A stretch of 64,000 bases of DNA, from assembly GCA_977018835.1 (NCBI GenBank), contig OZ361256.1:3410001-3474000 (forward strand). The letters are read 5' to 3'. Every line of letters begins with the position of its first letter. Positions within the stretch are counted from its first letter, which is position 1. This DNA comes from Minutocellus sp. GHC0000111 (Eukaryota). The notes beneath the pieces are model-generated. The model had not been told where the DNA came from and did no database searches. It worked only from the letters and a program-made list of their open reading frames with translations. Position numbers and translations under genes: made by a program. Of this stretch, positions 1-12,984 are shown piece by piece.

Positions 1-39
1 CCGCTGGTGCCGTTCGTTCTCCCTTTCGATACTGCGTTG

Positions 40-786
40 ATGATGATTCGATCAAGGCGACATGCAGTTGGTCGCCAGCTGGCATCTTTAGTTGTGGCTA
101 GATCAGCCGGACATCTGCCAGCTGCTGCGGCCAGGGCAGTGTCTTGCCGGCACGAGTTGCTCTGCCCTCATTCTTCGTCGGCCTCGGCATCTGCACCATC
201 GGTCTCTTATTCAACGTTTGAACATTATCGGCAGTGCAATCCCAGTCAAGTTCGTTCTTATTCAGCATCTGCCTCAGTTCTATCGTCGCCATTCAGTGGG
301 GGTATTGGAGACAACCCATCAAGCAGCCCAAGCAGCCCACGAAAAGGCAATCGCAAGAGGAAATTCATACCACGCAAGGCGGCAGTTGCATTGACTCCCA
401 AGGCTCGAACCTTCTTCAAGTCGTTGTTGGAGAATGTTACCTCTGAACACAACAGTGGAGTCGCAAACCAATCGGACGATGCAATCATTGGTATCCAGCT
501 GACCTACAGCCAGTCCACGACGGGTGAGCCTCGGATGGTGTTTGGATTTTCGTTCCTTCGAGCCTCGGCACTGCACCAAAATGATGAGGCTGTATCACTG
601 GAGGTATTGGAGGATGGTGAAACACCGAAGCCACCAGCGAATGCGTTGGAGGACGGTCTGCCGAAGTTGTATGTGCATCATGATGCTGTGCTGAAGGTGC
701 TGGGAGCAACGTTGGATGTGGATCAGGAACGATTACTGCCCATACTGTACGACAAGGAGGGCAACGTTATGGATCCGAATGCATAG
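40..786 (+). CDS. IscA/HesB-like (A-type carrier fold) protein, probably mitochondrial, lacking the canonical cysteines
   Basis: Arg/Ser-rich presequence; core 'AAVALTPKARTFFKSLL..IIGIQL..DEAV..KLYVHHDAVLKVLGATLDVD..DPNA*' follows the IscA pattern. First ATG at 40. Confidence 0.55.
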   Translation: MMIRSRRHAVGRQLASLVVARSAGHLPAAAARAVSCRHELLCPHSSSASASAPSVSYSTFEHYRQCNPSQVRSYSASASVLSSPFSGGIGDNPSSSPSSPRKGNRKRKFIPRKAAVALTPKARTFFKSLLENVTSEHNSGVANQSDDAIIGIQLTYSQSTTGEPRMVFGFSFLRASALHQNDEAVSLEVLEDGETPKPPANALEDGLPKLYVHHDAVLKVLGATLDVDQERLLPILYDKEGNVMDPNA

Positions 787-938
787 TTATGGGGAGACTT
801 CACCATATGATCTCAGAATTTGGTCTTCTGTTATGCTTATGGATCTGTGTAAGTAATCCAGCAGATTTGTTTCGTTGAAAGATCGCTATATTATGAACTC
901 TTCGCCGTGTCTTGTGTCTTGTGCCTTGCTCCTCTTAG

Positions 939-3690
939 CTAGGTCCTCTTGAAACATATGGAATTGTTCCTATTTGTGTTGGAAGAATAGCGGCTGAAGA
1001 TCCTGCATCTTCCAGCGCCAGATAACCCACCATCTACATAACCAAAGTCATACGCCTTACAATTGTTTCCTTCTTCAATACACTTTTCCTGGCACCAAGT
1101 GCGCCTTTTATTCGTCCAGGTAGAGCGAATTGATCCAACGCAGGCTTTGCCGCTGTTTTTGTTGAAAAGGCAGTCCCCACCATCCCAACCGCACCCAGCA
1201 TTGTTATAGGAGCTACCATCGCACATACCATCGTTGAGCCAGTCCATGTTCTGAATTTTGCAGTCCGGGTTCTTTTTCTTCCAACAAATTGAATTGTTTC
1301 TGGCTGTCGGTGATGAAAAGCTTCTGAAGATTCGGCATCTACCATTGGCCGTTGAGAAATCATAAGCCTTGCAATTGCTACCTTCATCTACACACTTGGC
1401 TTGGCACCAGGGTCGATTCATTCCTGTCCATGTGGAGCTCGTTGAGCCATTACAAGCTTCACCGCAGTACCTACTAAAAAGGCAGTCTCCGCCATCCCAT
1501 TCACACGCTTGTGTATTTTCGGGAGAGTACCAATCGCAAAAGTCGTCGTTCATTTGATGCATACTCTTGCATACTCTTGGTATCACAATTTGGGTACCTC
1601 TCCTCTCTATTGAACTGCACAAAGTCTCCGCCGTCGTAGCCACATTCTGCAGTATTGCAGTCCCCTCCGTCACAACTGCCGTCCCCAATCCAGTGCGCAT
1701 AATCAACATGGCAGTCAGGATATCGGCTATTAAAGTCAAGGCAGTCTCCTCCGTCCCAGCCACACTCGGCGTTGTTGAGATCTCCGCAATTTCGGCAACA
1801 GGTGCCATCTTTGATCCACGAAAAGTATTCAGCATCAACTTGACAATTTGGATACTTTCCAAGAAATTCCTCTATCTCGGCGAGGCTTATATCACCACAG
1901 TCTCCATCATCAAAGCCACATTGCGCCGTGTTATATCCACCGTGATGATTACAGCGGCCGTTACCAAGGTTTTCGGGGCTATCGACATGGCAGTTTGGCC
2001 AGTCAGGAATAATACAGTCGCCTCCATCCCAGCCACACTCTTCGGTGTTGTATTCACCTCCGTCGCAGTTTCCATTGCCGACTTTGATTGGGTTTGCAAC
2101 TCGACAATCGGGGTAGCCCTCGACGCAGTCGCCTCCATCCCAGCCACACTCTTCGGTGTTGTATTCTCCCCCGTCACAGTTTCCATTGCCGACTTTGATT
2201 GGGTTTGCAACTCGACAGTCGGGGTAGCCCTCGACGCAGTCGCCTCCATCCCAGCCACACTCTTCGGTGTAGTATTCTCCTCCGTCACAGTTTCCATTGC
2301 CGACTTTGATTGGGTTTGCAACTCGACAGTCGGGGTAGCCCTCGACGCAGTCGCCTCCATCCCAGCCACACTCTTCGGTGTAGTATTCTCCTCCGTCACA
2401 GTTTCCATTGCCGACTTTGATTGGGTTTGCAACTCGACAGTCGGGGTAGCCCTCGACGCAGTCGCCTCCATCCCAGCCACATTCCTCGGTATTGTACTGG
2501 CTACCGTCGCAATTGCCATCGCCGAGCTTGATTGAATCGTCGATGTGGCAGTCAGGCCAATCAACTACGAAACAGTCTCCACCATCCCAGCCACACTCTT
2601 CGGTGTTGTGTTGGCCGCCATTGCAGAACCCATTGCCGATCCATTCCGGATTTCCTACCTGGCACCTGGGCCAATTTCTCCCGAAGCAGTCTTCACCATC
2701 CCAACCACATTCGGCGGTATTGTATTGGCCACCATTGCAGAAGCCATCACCTATCCACTCTGGATGAGACACGTGGCAGCCGGGCCAATTTTGCTCGAAG
2801 CAGTCCCCACCATCCCAACTGCACTGCTTGGTGTTGTATTGCCCGCCGTTACAAAAGTCATCGCCGATCCATTCTGGATGAGAGACATGGCAATTGGGAT
2901 AGTTGTGCTCGTTGGGCTTTGAACTCGTAGTGAGGCCAACCGCGACGCCAGAAATGATTACGGCTGCCAAAATAATAGCCATAATTTTCTTGCATGGTGT
3001 GCACCTGCTTCCTTGGCCTTCGTCCTTGTCGCGTCTGGCTCGAGGAGGCTGGGGATCCGCTAGAGTCGCCTCAGCCGAGTGGTTTGCGGGCAACTTGTCC
3101 AAAGGAGCGGGATGAGTCGACGACTGACGGAAGAATGATGGGACACGACGGGCAGGATCCCTCGTACCTTGGTTCGTGGGAATATTCTCATTTGTCGTCC
3201 ATGGAGAAATCTCTGTAGTAGGGGCGACCTCAGCCCCCGTGGCGTCGGTAATGATTGGAACCACCGAGGCCACTGGTAGTGCTCTGTCGGCATTGTCTAA
3301 ACCTATAGGAAGCGCCACGCTATCGGGAATGCAGTTGCCCGTCTCATTGACGTCTTCCTTAAAGCCAGGTGGCTCGGGAGGGTGGTTGCTTTCGGGAGTG
3401 GGAGGGGCAGTTGTATCGTCCTCCGGCAATGGATGGAGAGATGACTCGAATGGCGGGGCCGAGGGTAGGCATCCCAGATCGACTGCCGGTGGTGCCGACG
3501 GCTTCAAGTCGATACTGCCAGCCTTCTCTTCCGATAACACTGTTGTAGAATAATTGGTTTTGAGGCCCATCTCCTCGTCCTTGCCCTTCCCGTCGAACTC
3601 GTTTGTATCATCCTGCTTGGCTTCTTTCAGAAGGGCACCCCCAATAGATCGCGAACTATGAAGGCTTTCGTAGTCACCGTCGGGATCCAT
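939..3690 (-). CDS. Type II membrane protein with ~13 LNR (Lin12/Notch-like) repeats and 2 PAN/apple-like domains; frameshifted by a 10-bp duplication at 1559-1578
   Basis: One TM helix (IMAIILAAVIISGVAVGL), repeats Cx8GDGxCxGGxYNTxECGWDGGDC, and C-terminal 'WCQAKC..CKAYDF..CRIF' twice. ORFs 1501-3705 and 939-1862 join into 913 aa if one GCATACTCTT copy is removed. Confidence 0.8.
2015..2490. repeat. Near-identical 111-bp coding tandem repeat (~4.3 copies, 37 aa LNR unit)
   Basis: 'cagtcgcctccatcccagccaca' recurs at 2015, 2126, 2237, 2348 and 2459. Confidence 0.95.
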
Positions 3691-4462
3691 ACTTTTGCTA
3701 ATCAAATTCTGAAATCAATAGAAATGAATGAAAAGAAGAGCTTTCCTATTTGATAGATTCTTGCGCACGTGTACTCAGCCTACGTGTATAACTCGCGATC
3801 AAGCGCTCATACGTGTACATGGCATGATGTAAAGCCAGAACACGGGCCGTCCTCCATCTCTCAGTGCATCTCGAAAAGTGCAGTCGTCTCACCAGGGGCT
3901 CAAGGTCTCACCTAAATGAAAATTTCCTCTTCGATTACAATGTTTTCGTTCGTGCTGGTGCTTTGGTTCTCTCGTCGATTCGTACTACGTCGTCTTGGAA
4001 TTGGTATTGTCGTTGGCTACAATCAGCGCAGACGGGTGGAGAAATGAACGAGATGAACGAGAAAAGGTTGATGAGACAATGCTCAGTCCATCAGACATCC
4101 ATCACAACATCGAATGGCCGTCCATTCAACCAACTCACCTTGCTGATTGCGTTGTTCTTTGGTTTATGAGCACGTCGTCGATTCGGCCTTTTATGCTTCG
4201 CAATTGTATCTTGTTGGGCGGGCGTTCGCCGGTTGACGGCGACGAGCTGGTTGAGATGACATCACCCCGAGAGTTCGAAAGAGTACTCAACCTCCAGCCC
4301 ATGAGGTTTGACTTTTCATTTCGCGCCTCGCTTGCGAGAGGACCGAGCCACCGACCGCCCTTGGTCCTTTGTGGGCTCGCTGGCAGACTGTACGAGATAC
4401 CTTTTTGCTCCATTTATTATCTTCTTATTGCGCTTGATTTAATTTGGGATCACCGGCTGCGC

Positions 4463-5785
4463 ATGGACTCCCCAGGCAGCCGCAGCCGGAAGCGGCCGGC
4501 ACCTTCTTCGCCTGGACGTTCAAATGCAACCGCACCACCAGCAACCCTCAGCCCAAGTTTTAGCAACATATTATTGATACTGGCTTGCTCGGCACTTGTT
4601 GGGGCGGCACAGTACTACAATCGGATGTTCCACGTGTTGCTGGTACCCGGTGCTGGAGGACCAGCTGCGGTGGTTGCTTCGCTTCTTGGCTCGTCGGGCG
4701 GCGATAGGTCGGCAGACAAAAATGCAATACCCTGCGAGAACCAAACGTCAGGAGCAATAAAGTGCGAAGAATCAGACACCAAGCGGCCATCGTCGTCAGG
4801 ATCAATCGCAGAGCCGATAATACAATCATCCTACGACGCCACATATGCAAAGTTGGCAGCCATGCCCTGTCCCAAGTCACAGCCAGCGGGCAACTGTTAT
4901 CGCAATTTGCTTCGGCGCGATTCCACAGCCACAAACGAACCACCCCTCCCATGGTGGTTCCGGACCCTGCTGCAGGAATCGGCCGTCATCACCTCGCAGT
5001 GGTGGATGCTGCTCAAATCCAACGACCCGCCGTTGCGGCAATGCCAACTGCCCAAGGTCGGAAGTAAGCAGTGGAGCGTGTTTATTCACAAAATGAACGG
5101 CGATCCAAGCCCCCACAAGCCAGATGGGAAAAACAGAACCAACTCCTGGAACGAACGGGGTCGGAACGATGCCGGACCAAAGTTTGTCGTGCTGCGCGAT
5201 CCACTCGAGAGATATCTATCGGCCTTTTTGGACAAGTGCGTGAATCCCAAGAATGCCTGGCAGAAACACTGTGAACCTTGGGAGAATGGGTTCAGTTCCG
5301 ATCCTGGGAACAAGGTCATGGCAGAGCTAAAGGGCGATCATCGGGTTTTGTTTGACGCATTTGTGCACGCGTCACCGCTCAAGTGGAACATGCACTTTCT
5401 GCCCCAAGCGTTGCTGTGCGATGGGCTGTATCGGACGATACATGAGTACGACTATGTGGCGAGGATGGGACCAAGCTTTTATGCGGATTTGCAGGCAATG
5501 GGGCAAATGTTTGGCAAGAAGGCCGATCATGCCATTCAGGATATATTTGACTACAAGGCCAAGCTGAGAGAAGAGAAGGAGGAGAATCGAGGCGCGGGCG
5601 ACGTGAATCAAGGATCACCCCAGGGTATCGAGGTGAAGGCGAGCGAGATGGTCCTAGAGTATTACACTCCAGAGCTGGTGCGTACAGTGCTAGAGTACAC
5701 CGCAATCGATTATGTTCTGCTAAACATGACTGTGCCAGAGTGGGCTGAAGAGATGCTACGCCGGGCAAACGATGGAGGTGGTTGA
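4463..5785 (+). CDS. Golgi-type carbohydrate sulfotransferase (Sulfotransfer_2 family)
   Basis: N-terminal TM segment; 5'-PSB motif CQLPKVGSKQW; 3'-PB motif KFVVLRDPLERYLSAFLDKC; 'HFLPQ..C'; C-terminal 'YTAIDY'. Confidence 0.85.
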   Translation: MDSPGSRSRKRPAPSSPGRSNATAPPATLSPSFSNILLILACSALVGAAQYYNRMFHVLLVPGAGGPAAVVASLLGSSGGDRSADKNAIPCENQTSGAIKCEESDTKRPSSSGSIAEPIIQSSYDATYAKLAAMPCPKSQPAGNCYRNLLRRDSTATNEPPLPWWFRTLLQESAVITSQWWMLLKSNDPPLRQCQLPKVGSKQWSVFIHKMNGDPSPHKPDGKNRTNSWNERGRNDAGPKFVVLRDPLERYLSAFLDKCVNPKNAWQKHCEPWENGFSSDPGNKVMAELKGDHRVLFDAFVHASPLKWNMHFLPQALLCDGLYRTIHEYDYVARMGPSFYADLQAMGQMFGKKADHAIQDIFDYKAKLREEKEENRGAGDVNQGSPQGIEVKASEMVLEYYTPELVRTVLEYTAIDYVLLNMTVPEWAEEMLRRANDGGG

Positions 5786-6186
5786 ATTGAATGAATCAGA
5801 TGAACGAAAGATGAACGAACGAACACACAGCAGCAGCTCTATCTCCCTCCCAACCAACCGGCGGCAGGAAAGATTGGATCTTCCAATGCCGCAGAGATTA
5901 GATGAGATGATATCAAAGTAACTTGTAATGAATCCATTTTTCTACAGTACCGGCCAATGCATCTTTTATCTTTCGATCCGTGGTGGTCGTCTCCTCTCTC
6001 CTTTCTCTCGGCGGCTGCTGTTGCTTCTCGCTCGACGCTCACGCCTCTCGGCTCTCTCAGTGAGTATCGACTAAAAGTATGCAGTCATCCCAGCTCTTCG
6101 CTCGCCTCATTTTCATCAAACAAGCGAGGAACCAAACCCAAAGCAACCCTTGCCTTGAGACCAAGCATACTCCTTCAAGCCAAACC

Positions 6187-9100
6187 ATGGCCCGGTCCCA
6201 GTCCCAGTCTTCTCAGAGGGAGGGCGGAGAGGCCACCGGCGGCGTGGTCCGGCGCCAGTCGCCCCGCAAGTCCGTCACGGGCGGGTCGGCCCCGGTCCTG
6301 TCCGGTGGGTATCTTCAGCGGCACACGTCCAAGGTGAGAATTTGCTTTGTTGCTTGAATTGAAGGATGAACTCCGATGCGATTTGATTGAATGGCGAAAC
6401 GATATGTAAGAATGGTGGAAGTGGTGCCGTGGGGGGACGGGATGCCGTGGTCGGATGATCCGATCTGGCGGCACTTGATGGGGAGAAATGCCGGGATTTG
6501 TGTTTTGAGGCACGTTATGTGCTGCTTTTTTTTTTTTTTGCGATGGTGGGATTTGAAGTGGAGAGCAGCCAGATACGGCCAACGCAACAAGATACCGACT
6601 CGCATTCATGTCTGGCAGCAGCGAATGATGTTTATCCGGCATATTCCCCTCTGCTCTTGGATCGGCCGCTCGTGCCTGTCCACGGATCATCATGGTTGAC
6701 TGCTCGGCCTCCCGCGAACGCACCTGCCCGCCTGGTTTCGAGTGCTCCCGGCCGGGTTTCTACGTAGGAATCAGTACAAACCTACGGAGCGAAACTTTTT
6801 GCCTCCCTGGCCAAATTTGAATTCTCGGGAGAGGTCCGACGAGGATAGCGGTGGTTCGTATATAACATAGCGCAGTAACCCATCATACGTTTGTGTTGGA
6901 GCGGCCCCGGTATCTTTTTTGTGCGGAATGACACATCATGTGTTCGATTTTTGCTTCGGAGGGAGAATACCGACGAATGGAGATAATATTTGCGTTGTTC
7001 CGGCCGCTTCGATCGCCATTGCCGATGATTCGCCAATTGCTGTGCACCGCGCATACTCTACTTGCTCTTATCTTTGATTCTGATCAACAACCTTGCTTTG
7101 CTTCGCCAAACCTACAACGATAGAACGACCTGGTCAAACGCCTGCGGAATGTCGTCGAGCAGCTGCAGGATCCGGCCGTCGAACCCAATTCGCCCGACTT
7201 TCCCGGTCTGGGCAGTCTGTCCAACACCCTCGTTGCCGATCAGTACATCAACCATCGCGACAAGGACGTTCGGCTGCACACCGTCCTGGCCTGCATGGAG
7301 ATCTTTGCGGTGGTAAGTCAGTTGATTGGCTTTGCGTATGCGATGTGTGATTTGGTCGAGGGTGAATGCCCAATATATATATGTTTTATTATGTTGGTCA
7401 GATGGATTGGATCATATGAATGCATGCTTATTCTGACATTATTTATTCCTCATCGTGCGCGATGCCTATGCGCACAACTCCCTCATCTATGTATAATCGA
7501 CACTGCACCGCCAACCAACGTCATCTTCTCGCCCGCCTTAGTACGCACCCGAGCCTCCATTCGATTCCGAGGAGATTCTCAAAATCTTTTCCCAAATGAT
7601 TCGGCAGTTGGCCAACCTGTCGCACTGCACGTCGCCGGCGAGCGCCAACTTTGACCTCTATACCAAGATCCTCGAGGATCTGGCCGAAGTCAAGATCGGC
7701 ATCGTTCTCGTGGAGTTGATGCGTTCGCTCGATCCCAGCGGCACGCTGTCCCAGCGGGAAATGATGGACAGTGACGATGAGATGGACGAGAACGACGAGA
7801 GCGCCCTCCGGGAGGAGGCTACCGAGATGCTTTGCGAGCTAATCAAGACGATCATTCACAGCGTCACGTGGGAGCATCCCGCCGAGGTGTACACGAATGC
7901 GGTCGATGCCGTCGCGGCGTGCGTGGATGAGTTTTATCAGAACACCCCGATCCCCATCCTCGATGAGGTTTTGGCGCCGATCGGTGCCGGGCCGACGGTG
8001 TGGGTAACGAACCCAGCAGCCGTCGAGGCTGCCGCTGCCATTGCCGAGCAGAAGAAGAAAAACAAGAAAAGCGGGAAGAAGAATGCAGCTCCCATCAATA
8101 TCAAGATGCCCCCCTCGCAGATCCAGCAGCAGAATCGATCGTACCACGTGGCGGCCAAGGTCTTGCAAAAGTGTGAGGACAGGGTGGCCCAGCCCGTTGC
8201 CAATCTGCTCAACGGCCTTCTCAATGGCGATCCCAAAGTGGTGGACATGAGCAATATCTCCTCAGCTGATGCGCCGCCGGTTCCCAGGGGTCAGGACGGT
8301 CGGTCGTCCACCGCCGACGTCTGGGACATCATCTTCGAGCTTCACAAGGTCTCCTCCCAGGCGCTCACGACCGTCATTGGCAACCTGGCCCCTCTATTGG
8401 AGAACGAAGATCTTGACAAGCGCATTCGCGTTACTAAGCTCCTCGGCAAGCTCTTCTGCTCGTCTTATTCCGACATGGCCAACAACTACCGCATCGTCTT
8501 CAGCAAGTGGCTCCGCCGTACCAACGATCGCGAGGCCAAGCTCCGCAGTATGATTGTCAAACAGATTGCGACCTTTATGCAGTTCAAGGCCCACGAGCGA
8601 GAGCTGTGCGAGGAGGCGACCAAGCATCTGATCCATGTTATGAAAAACGACCCGGAACATAGCGTTCGCATCGATGCCATCCATGCCGTCTGTGATCTGG
8701 CCCATTTGGAGAAATCATCTGGACCTCTCGTCGTTCCCGACCCCCAGGATCGTACTGGCGACAATGCCGGCCGTGGGTACGGCCCAGTCGTTTCGGCCAA
8801 ACTCTTGAGAGCCGTTGCCGACCGCGTTCAGTCCAAGAACAAGGACGAGCGGAAGGATGCCCTCACGGGCCTGGCGCAGATCTACTATCGCCACTATGTT
8901 TGCGAGAAGCTCAAGGATGTTCAGCGCGGTGGAGACGACTGCGACATCGCCGTCATTATGGACACCCTTCACGATACTTGTTTCTTTGGCCAGTCCTCAA
9001 CTGCAACAGCTTCCAAGAAAAGGGGCAAGACAGCTGGAAGACGCCGGGGTTCCCAGCGTGAGTTCGATGAAGACGAGGATGAAGACATGTCCGATGGCTT

Positions 9101-12100
9101 CTCATACGATATCGACGACAAGTACAAGTGGATTCCGTCTCTCATCTTCAAGAGCGGATTCTTCACTGACGGGAAGGACTCGGGTATGCGTGATCGCGTG
9201 AACCAGATCATCGATGATGTTATCCTCGGACCGTACAAGGCGGTCGATGAAAACGACTCAAGTGGCAGCAGGAAGAAGATTCTCACTCCAACCAGCCGTG
9301 CAGTTGGCTTCTCCATGATCCTCGATTCCTGCCGCCATGACGATGGATCACTGAACGCAGATGTACTGCTACAGCTTGAGGGTCTCCTTGTGCAGAAATC
9401 GAATCTACAATCCGCCTTGAAGGGGTATATCGAGGCGCGTTCCAGAGTGAAAGAGTGTGAAGCAGGTGAGAATTATTGCTTCTTTGTCCTATTTTGTATT
9501 TTTTTTGTTGCGACTCAAAAAGTTCGTCGTCTCCTTCAGAGATCTTCCCTCTCACCAAGGTTTTCCCCTCTTATATTTCTCCCCCACTTTTGTTTCAACA
9601 GGTTCTGAGGAGGCATTGACTGCAGACGCAGAGGCCATGGAGAAGCTTCGTGAGGTGTCCAATCTGTCGTCGCCAATTACCGGGTCCTCCGACCACGACG
9701 ATGTCCTCCAGAGTCTTCATTCCGCTCGCGACAAGCACATCTTTCGTATATTGGCAACGATTTCTTCTCCCAACCATACCCCTTCCTCCCGCCAGCGTGC
9801 CTTTGATGATCTTCCCAAGCGTGCCAAGTCTCTCGGCAACGCCACGGCTGCCTGGGTCAAGAAGCTCGCCAGGCGTTGCGCCATGGGAGGATTCATCAAC
9901 GAGGAATCCGTTGCAACCTGCATCCAACTTGCTCAGGAGTGTTTCCAGGAGGGCGATCTCGATTGCACCAGGGTTCTCCTCACGTCTGCTAGGGCGGCTC
10001 TTCAAATTTTCAATCCCCTCGGAGCCAACAGGGAGTCATTCGGTATCCTCGTTGAGCTTTACGGCGAGTGCCAATCATCTCACGTCAAGAACAAGAAGCA
10101 GATCGATCAAGCAGGAATCCCGTCCTTGCTCAACCAAATGCTAGCGATTGCATCGCCCCAACTCACGCTCGCCCCTTCCGGGAAGAAGGGCAAGGGTAAG
10201 AGCAACGAGGACGACGACAAATATGAAGATGAGCTTCAAGATATGCTTCTGCGTATGTGTACCCGGGATAGCTCCGTCGAGCAAGCACAGTATGCCGTCT
10301 ACACCCTCTCTCAGCTCGCCAAGAAAGACGAAGATCCTTTGGCTAGGGAGAAGGAAGTATTCGAGCCCCTCCTTCGGTCCCTCACATCTCCCTCTCGTCT
10401 AACTATCGATAGCAAGGGCGGGAACTCCAGGAGAATTCTCCAGATTCTGGCAGCTCTCAACACGATCGCACAATGTGCCCCTTCCACCTTCTCCTCTCCC
10501 AACGGCCGCGGCGAGAAGGCTATCAAATTTGCTCTCGAGAGTATTTTGCTTGGGCGAACAGCGAATGGAGACGAAAGTGGCGGGTCCGACAACAGCGACG
10601 AGGAGAATGAATCTAGCGATGAAGAGGGTGATGAAGAGAGTGTGTCGACCTCCAAGTCGAAGAGGCGTTCATCTCAGAGTAGGCGCAAGAGTACCGCCAA
10701 GCCATCTACCAATGTCGCCGCCAATAGAGCCAAACTTGCAATCAGTCTGCTCACGACGCACATTCGATCTGCAATCCTCGCATCTCCTCAGGCGAACTGG
10801 AAGGTCCAGAACAAGGATCACATCAAGTCTGTGTGTTCTGTCCTCGAGCAAATCCTTCGTGATTCCGGCCTCCCCCCGTCGAGCCGCGACCGCCGCGAAT
10901 GCAAATCTTCCTCGGATCGTGCCGCACTCCGACAGAGCGCTGCTCTCAACATTTTCCGTCTTTGCGATCCAATCCTACAGCTGGAAGATGAATTCCTGTC
11001 GAACAGCTGCTGGCATCTTCTTGGTGATGTCCTCACTGATGAAGAACAGAGCGTTCGAGAGAAGGTTATCCGTGAGTATTCGGATCTGATCGCTGGATAT
11101 GGCAAGTACTTCCACGGCAACACCTACGCCCCCAGCCTCCGTCTTTTGTCGCTGACTGTCCTTTGCGCCGACCCCGAAAACAATCGCAATGGTGCCGTAG
11201 CCAGTGGGAATACCGCAGTCGTAGGAAAAGCCTCCGATCTAGTCAAGGCGAGGGCGTCTGTTGCCATCGTCAATCTTCGAAAGACTTCCGACCAACTCCG
11301 CGCACATTGCGTCGCGAACGGACGTGCAAGTGAAGAGCTCTTCGACAACCGGTATAAGTTCCAGCTCATGCCAGAGTGCTCTTTGTCTTTCGCCTTGCAT
11401 CTTTTGTCTTTCCGCTCCGAGACTCCCAGCAAGAGCAGTGGTTTGACCAATGATACCACAATCGAAGAGGAAGAGAGCGACGCGGAAGATGATCTGAACA
11501 CAGTCGCTCGGGACAGCGCCAAGACCAAGATGCTCCGCAAGCGCCTCAAGTGGCTCCTCGAACCTCTTGTCCAGAGTCTTGGTGAGGGTGCCAACAACAT
11601 CTCCTTCCTTCTCAGGATTGTTGACCTCCTCGGCAACAAGTGGCAGCCCATCGATGTCACGCGCAGCACCGCTGGCAAAGGAGAGGGCGATGACGATGAA
11701 GATACCGCTGACAAGACATTCGACACCATATCTTCCCTTGGGATCAGCCTCGACGAAACAACGTCGGGGTACCGTTCTGCCGCCGACGCAAAGCGTGCCC
11801 AAGACGCTCAGGCCAAACTGAAGGCTGCTTGCTTCGAGGCAAGGGAAGTTTTGCTCAAATTTGTGAAGAAGGATATCAATCTCCAGACGTATCCTGGTGG
11901 AATTGGCTTCCCCAGGAATCTGTTTGAGCTGTCCAAGAAGAAGCTTCCGGCTGCGACAGCCTCCGAGAAGGAGATCGAGGCAGTGGCATCTCCGTTCTCT
12001 GCCAAGGATAGTCTTGCTTCTCCCATGTCGAGCATCAAGAAGTCGTCTGCCATCAAGTCAAGTGTCCAGCGTCATGCGCACTTCTCTCCCGAGCTCGAGA

Positions 12101-12984
12101 GTCGCCGTGAATTCAGGGAGGATTTTGAAGACGACGATGACGACGGTATGGGAGGTCCCTTTGATATGGACGACGATGACGACGAGGTCATGTCGACCAG
12201 TGTCAGGGCTTCCAAGGCATCGGCTAAAACAAGCAAGACCGCTGCATCTTCGCGCAGGAAGCGCTCGTCGTATGGATCCAAGGCTGTTTCGGCAGGGGAT
12301 GACCTGCCCCTTTCCAACTCTCCAAGCGAGCCTCGCGGCGCCAAAAGCAGCTTCGGCGGCATGTCGCCCATCGCCCAATCCGCCTCACCGGCCAGCTCCA
12401 CACCGTCCCTCGCTTCGACCCGGTCTGGTGCAAAGAGAAAGCAGCCACAGGCTACCTCACCGGCGCAGACCGAGGCCAGCGATCTACCCTCACAGTCTCA
12501 GTCAACGCTCGGCAGCCCCGAGTCGAAGGCAGCATCAGAAGCGTCCCCGTCCTCTGCCAAGAAGAGGAAGGTCAAGGCCACCCCCGTCAAGATCAAGGTC
12601 AGCCGTTCCAGCACCGGCACTGCAACCTCGAGCGCCGAAAAGTCCACCTCGGCCTATAAGAGGCCCGCCCGTCGGGCCAAATCCAGGGGCCAGCAGAAGC
12701 AGCAAAAGGCTGCCGCGTCTGCCTCCAAGGCCCTCGTCGACGATGAGCTCGACTTTGATGACGGCGAAGATGATGGTTTCGACGATGCCGTCCCCACCGC
12801 TTCGACGAAGGCCAAGGGCAAGGGCAAGAAGCGTACTGCCACCGGTGGCGGTCGCAAGATCACGGTCTCTGCCAAGGGCACGTCCAAGGGCAAGGGGGGC
12901 AAGAACATGTCGCCATCCAACAAGTCTAAGGGTCTGGCCAAGTCGACCCTCCAGAACAAGACCCGTCGCAGGGCCAAAGCCTAG
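6187..12984 (+). CDS. PDS5: Sister chromatid cohesion protein Pds5 (4 exons: 6187-6333, 7124-7312, 7542-9465, 9602-12984; ~1880 aa)
   Basis: Spliced N-terminus gives 'YINHRDKDVRLHTVLACMEIFAV|YAPEPPF', the Pds5 signature. HEAT-like body and Lys/Ser-rich tail. All introns are GT-AG and frame-consistent. Confidence 0.88.

Noticed and set aside
2015..2490. CRISPR-like array
   Set aside because: The units are fully repeated, in-frame coding repeats with no unique spacers, and the context is eukaryotic.
3995..4462. N-terminal extension of the sulfotransferase ORF
   Set aside because: It starts at TTG and looks non-coding. The ATG at 4463 precedes the signal anchor.
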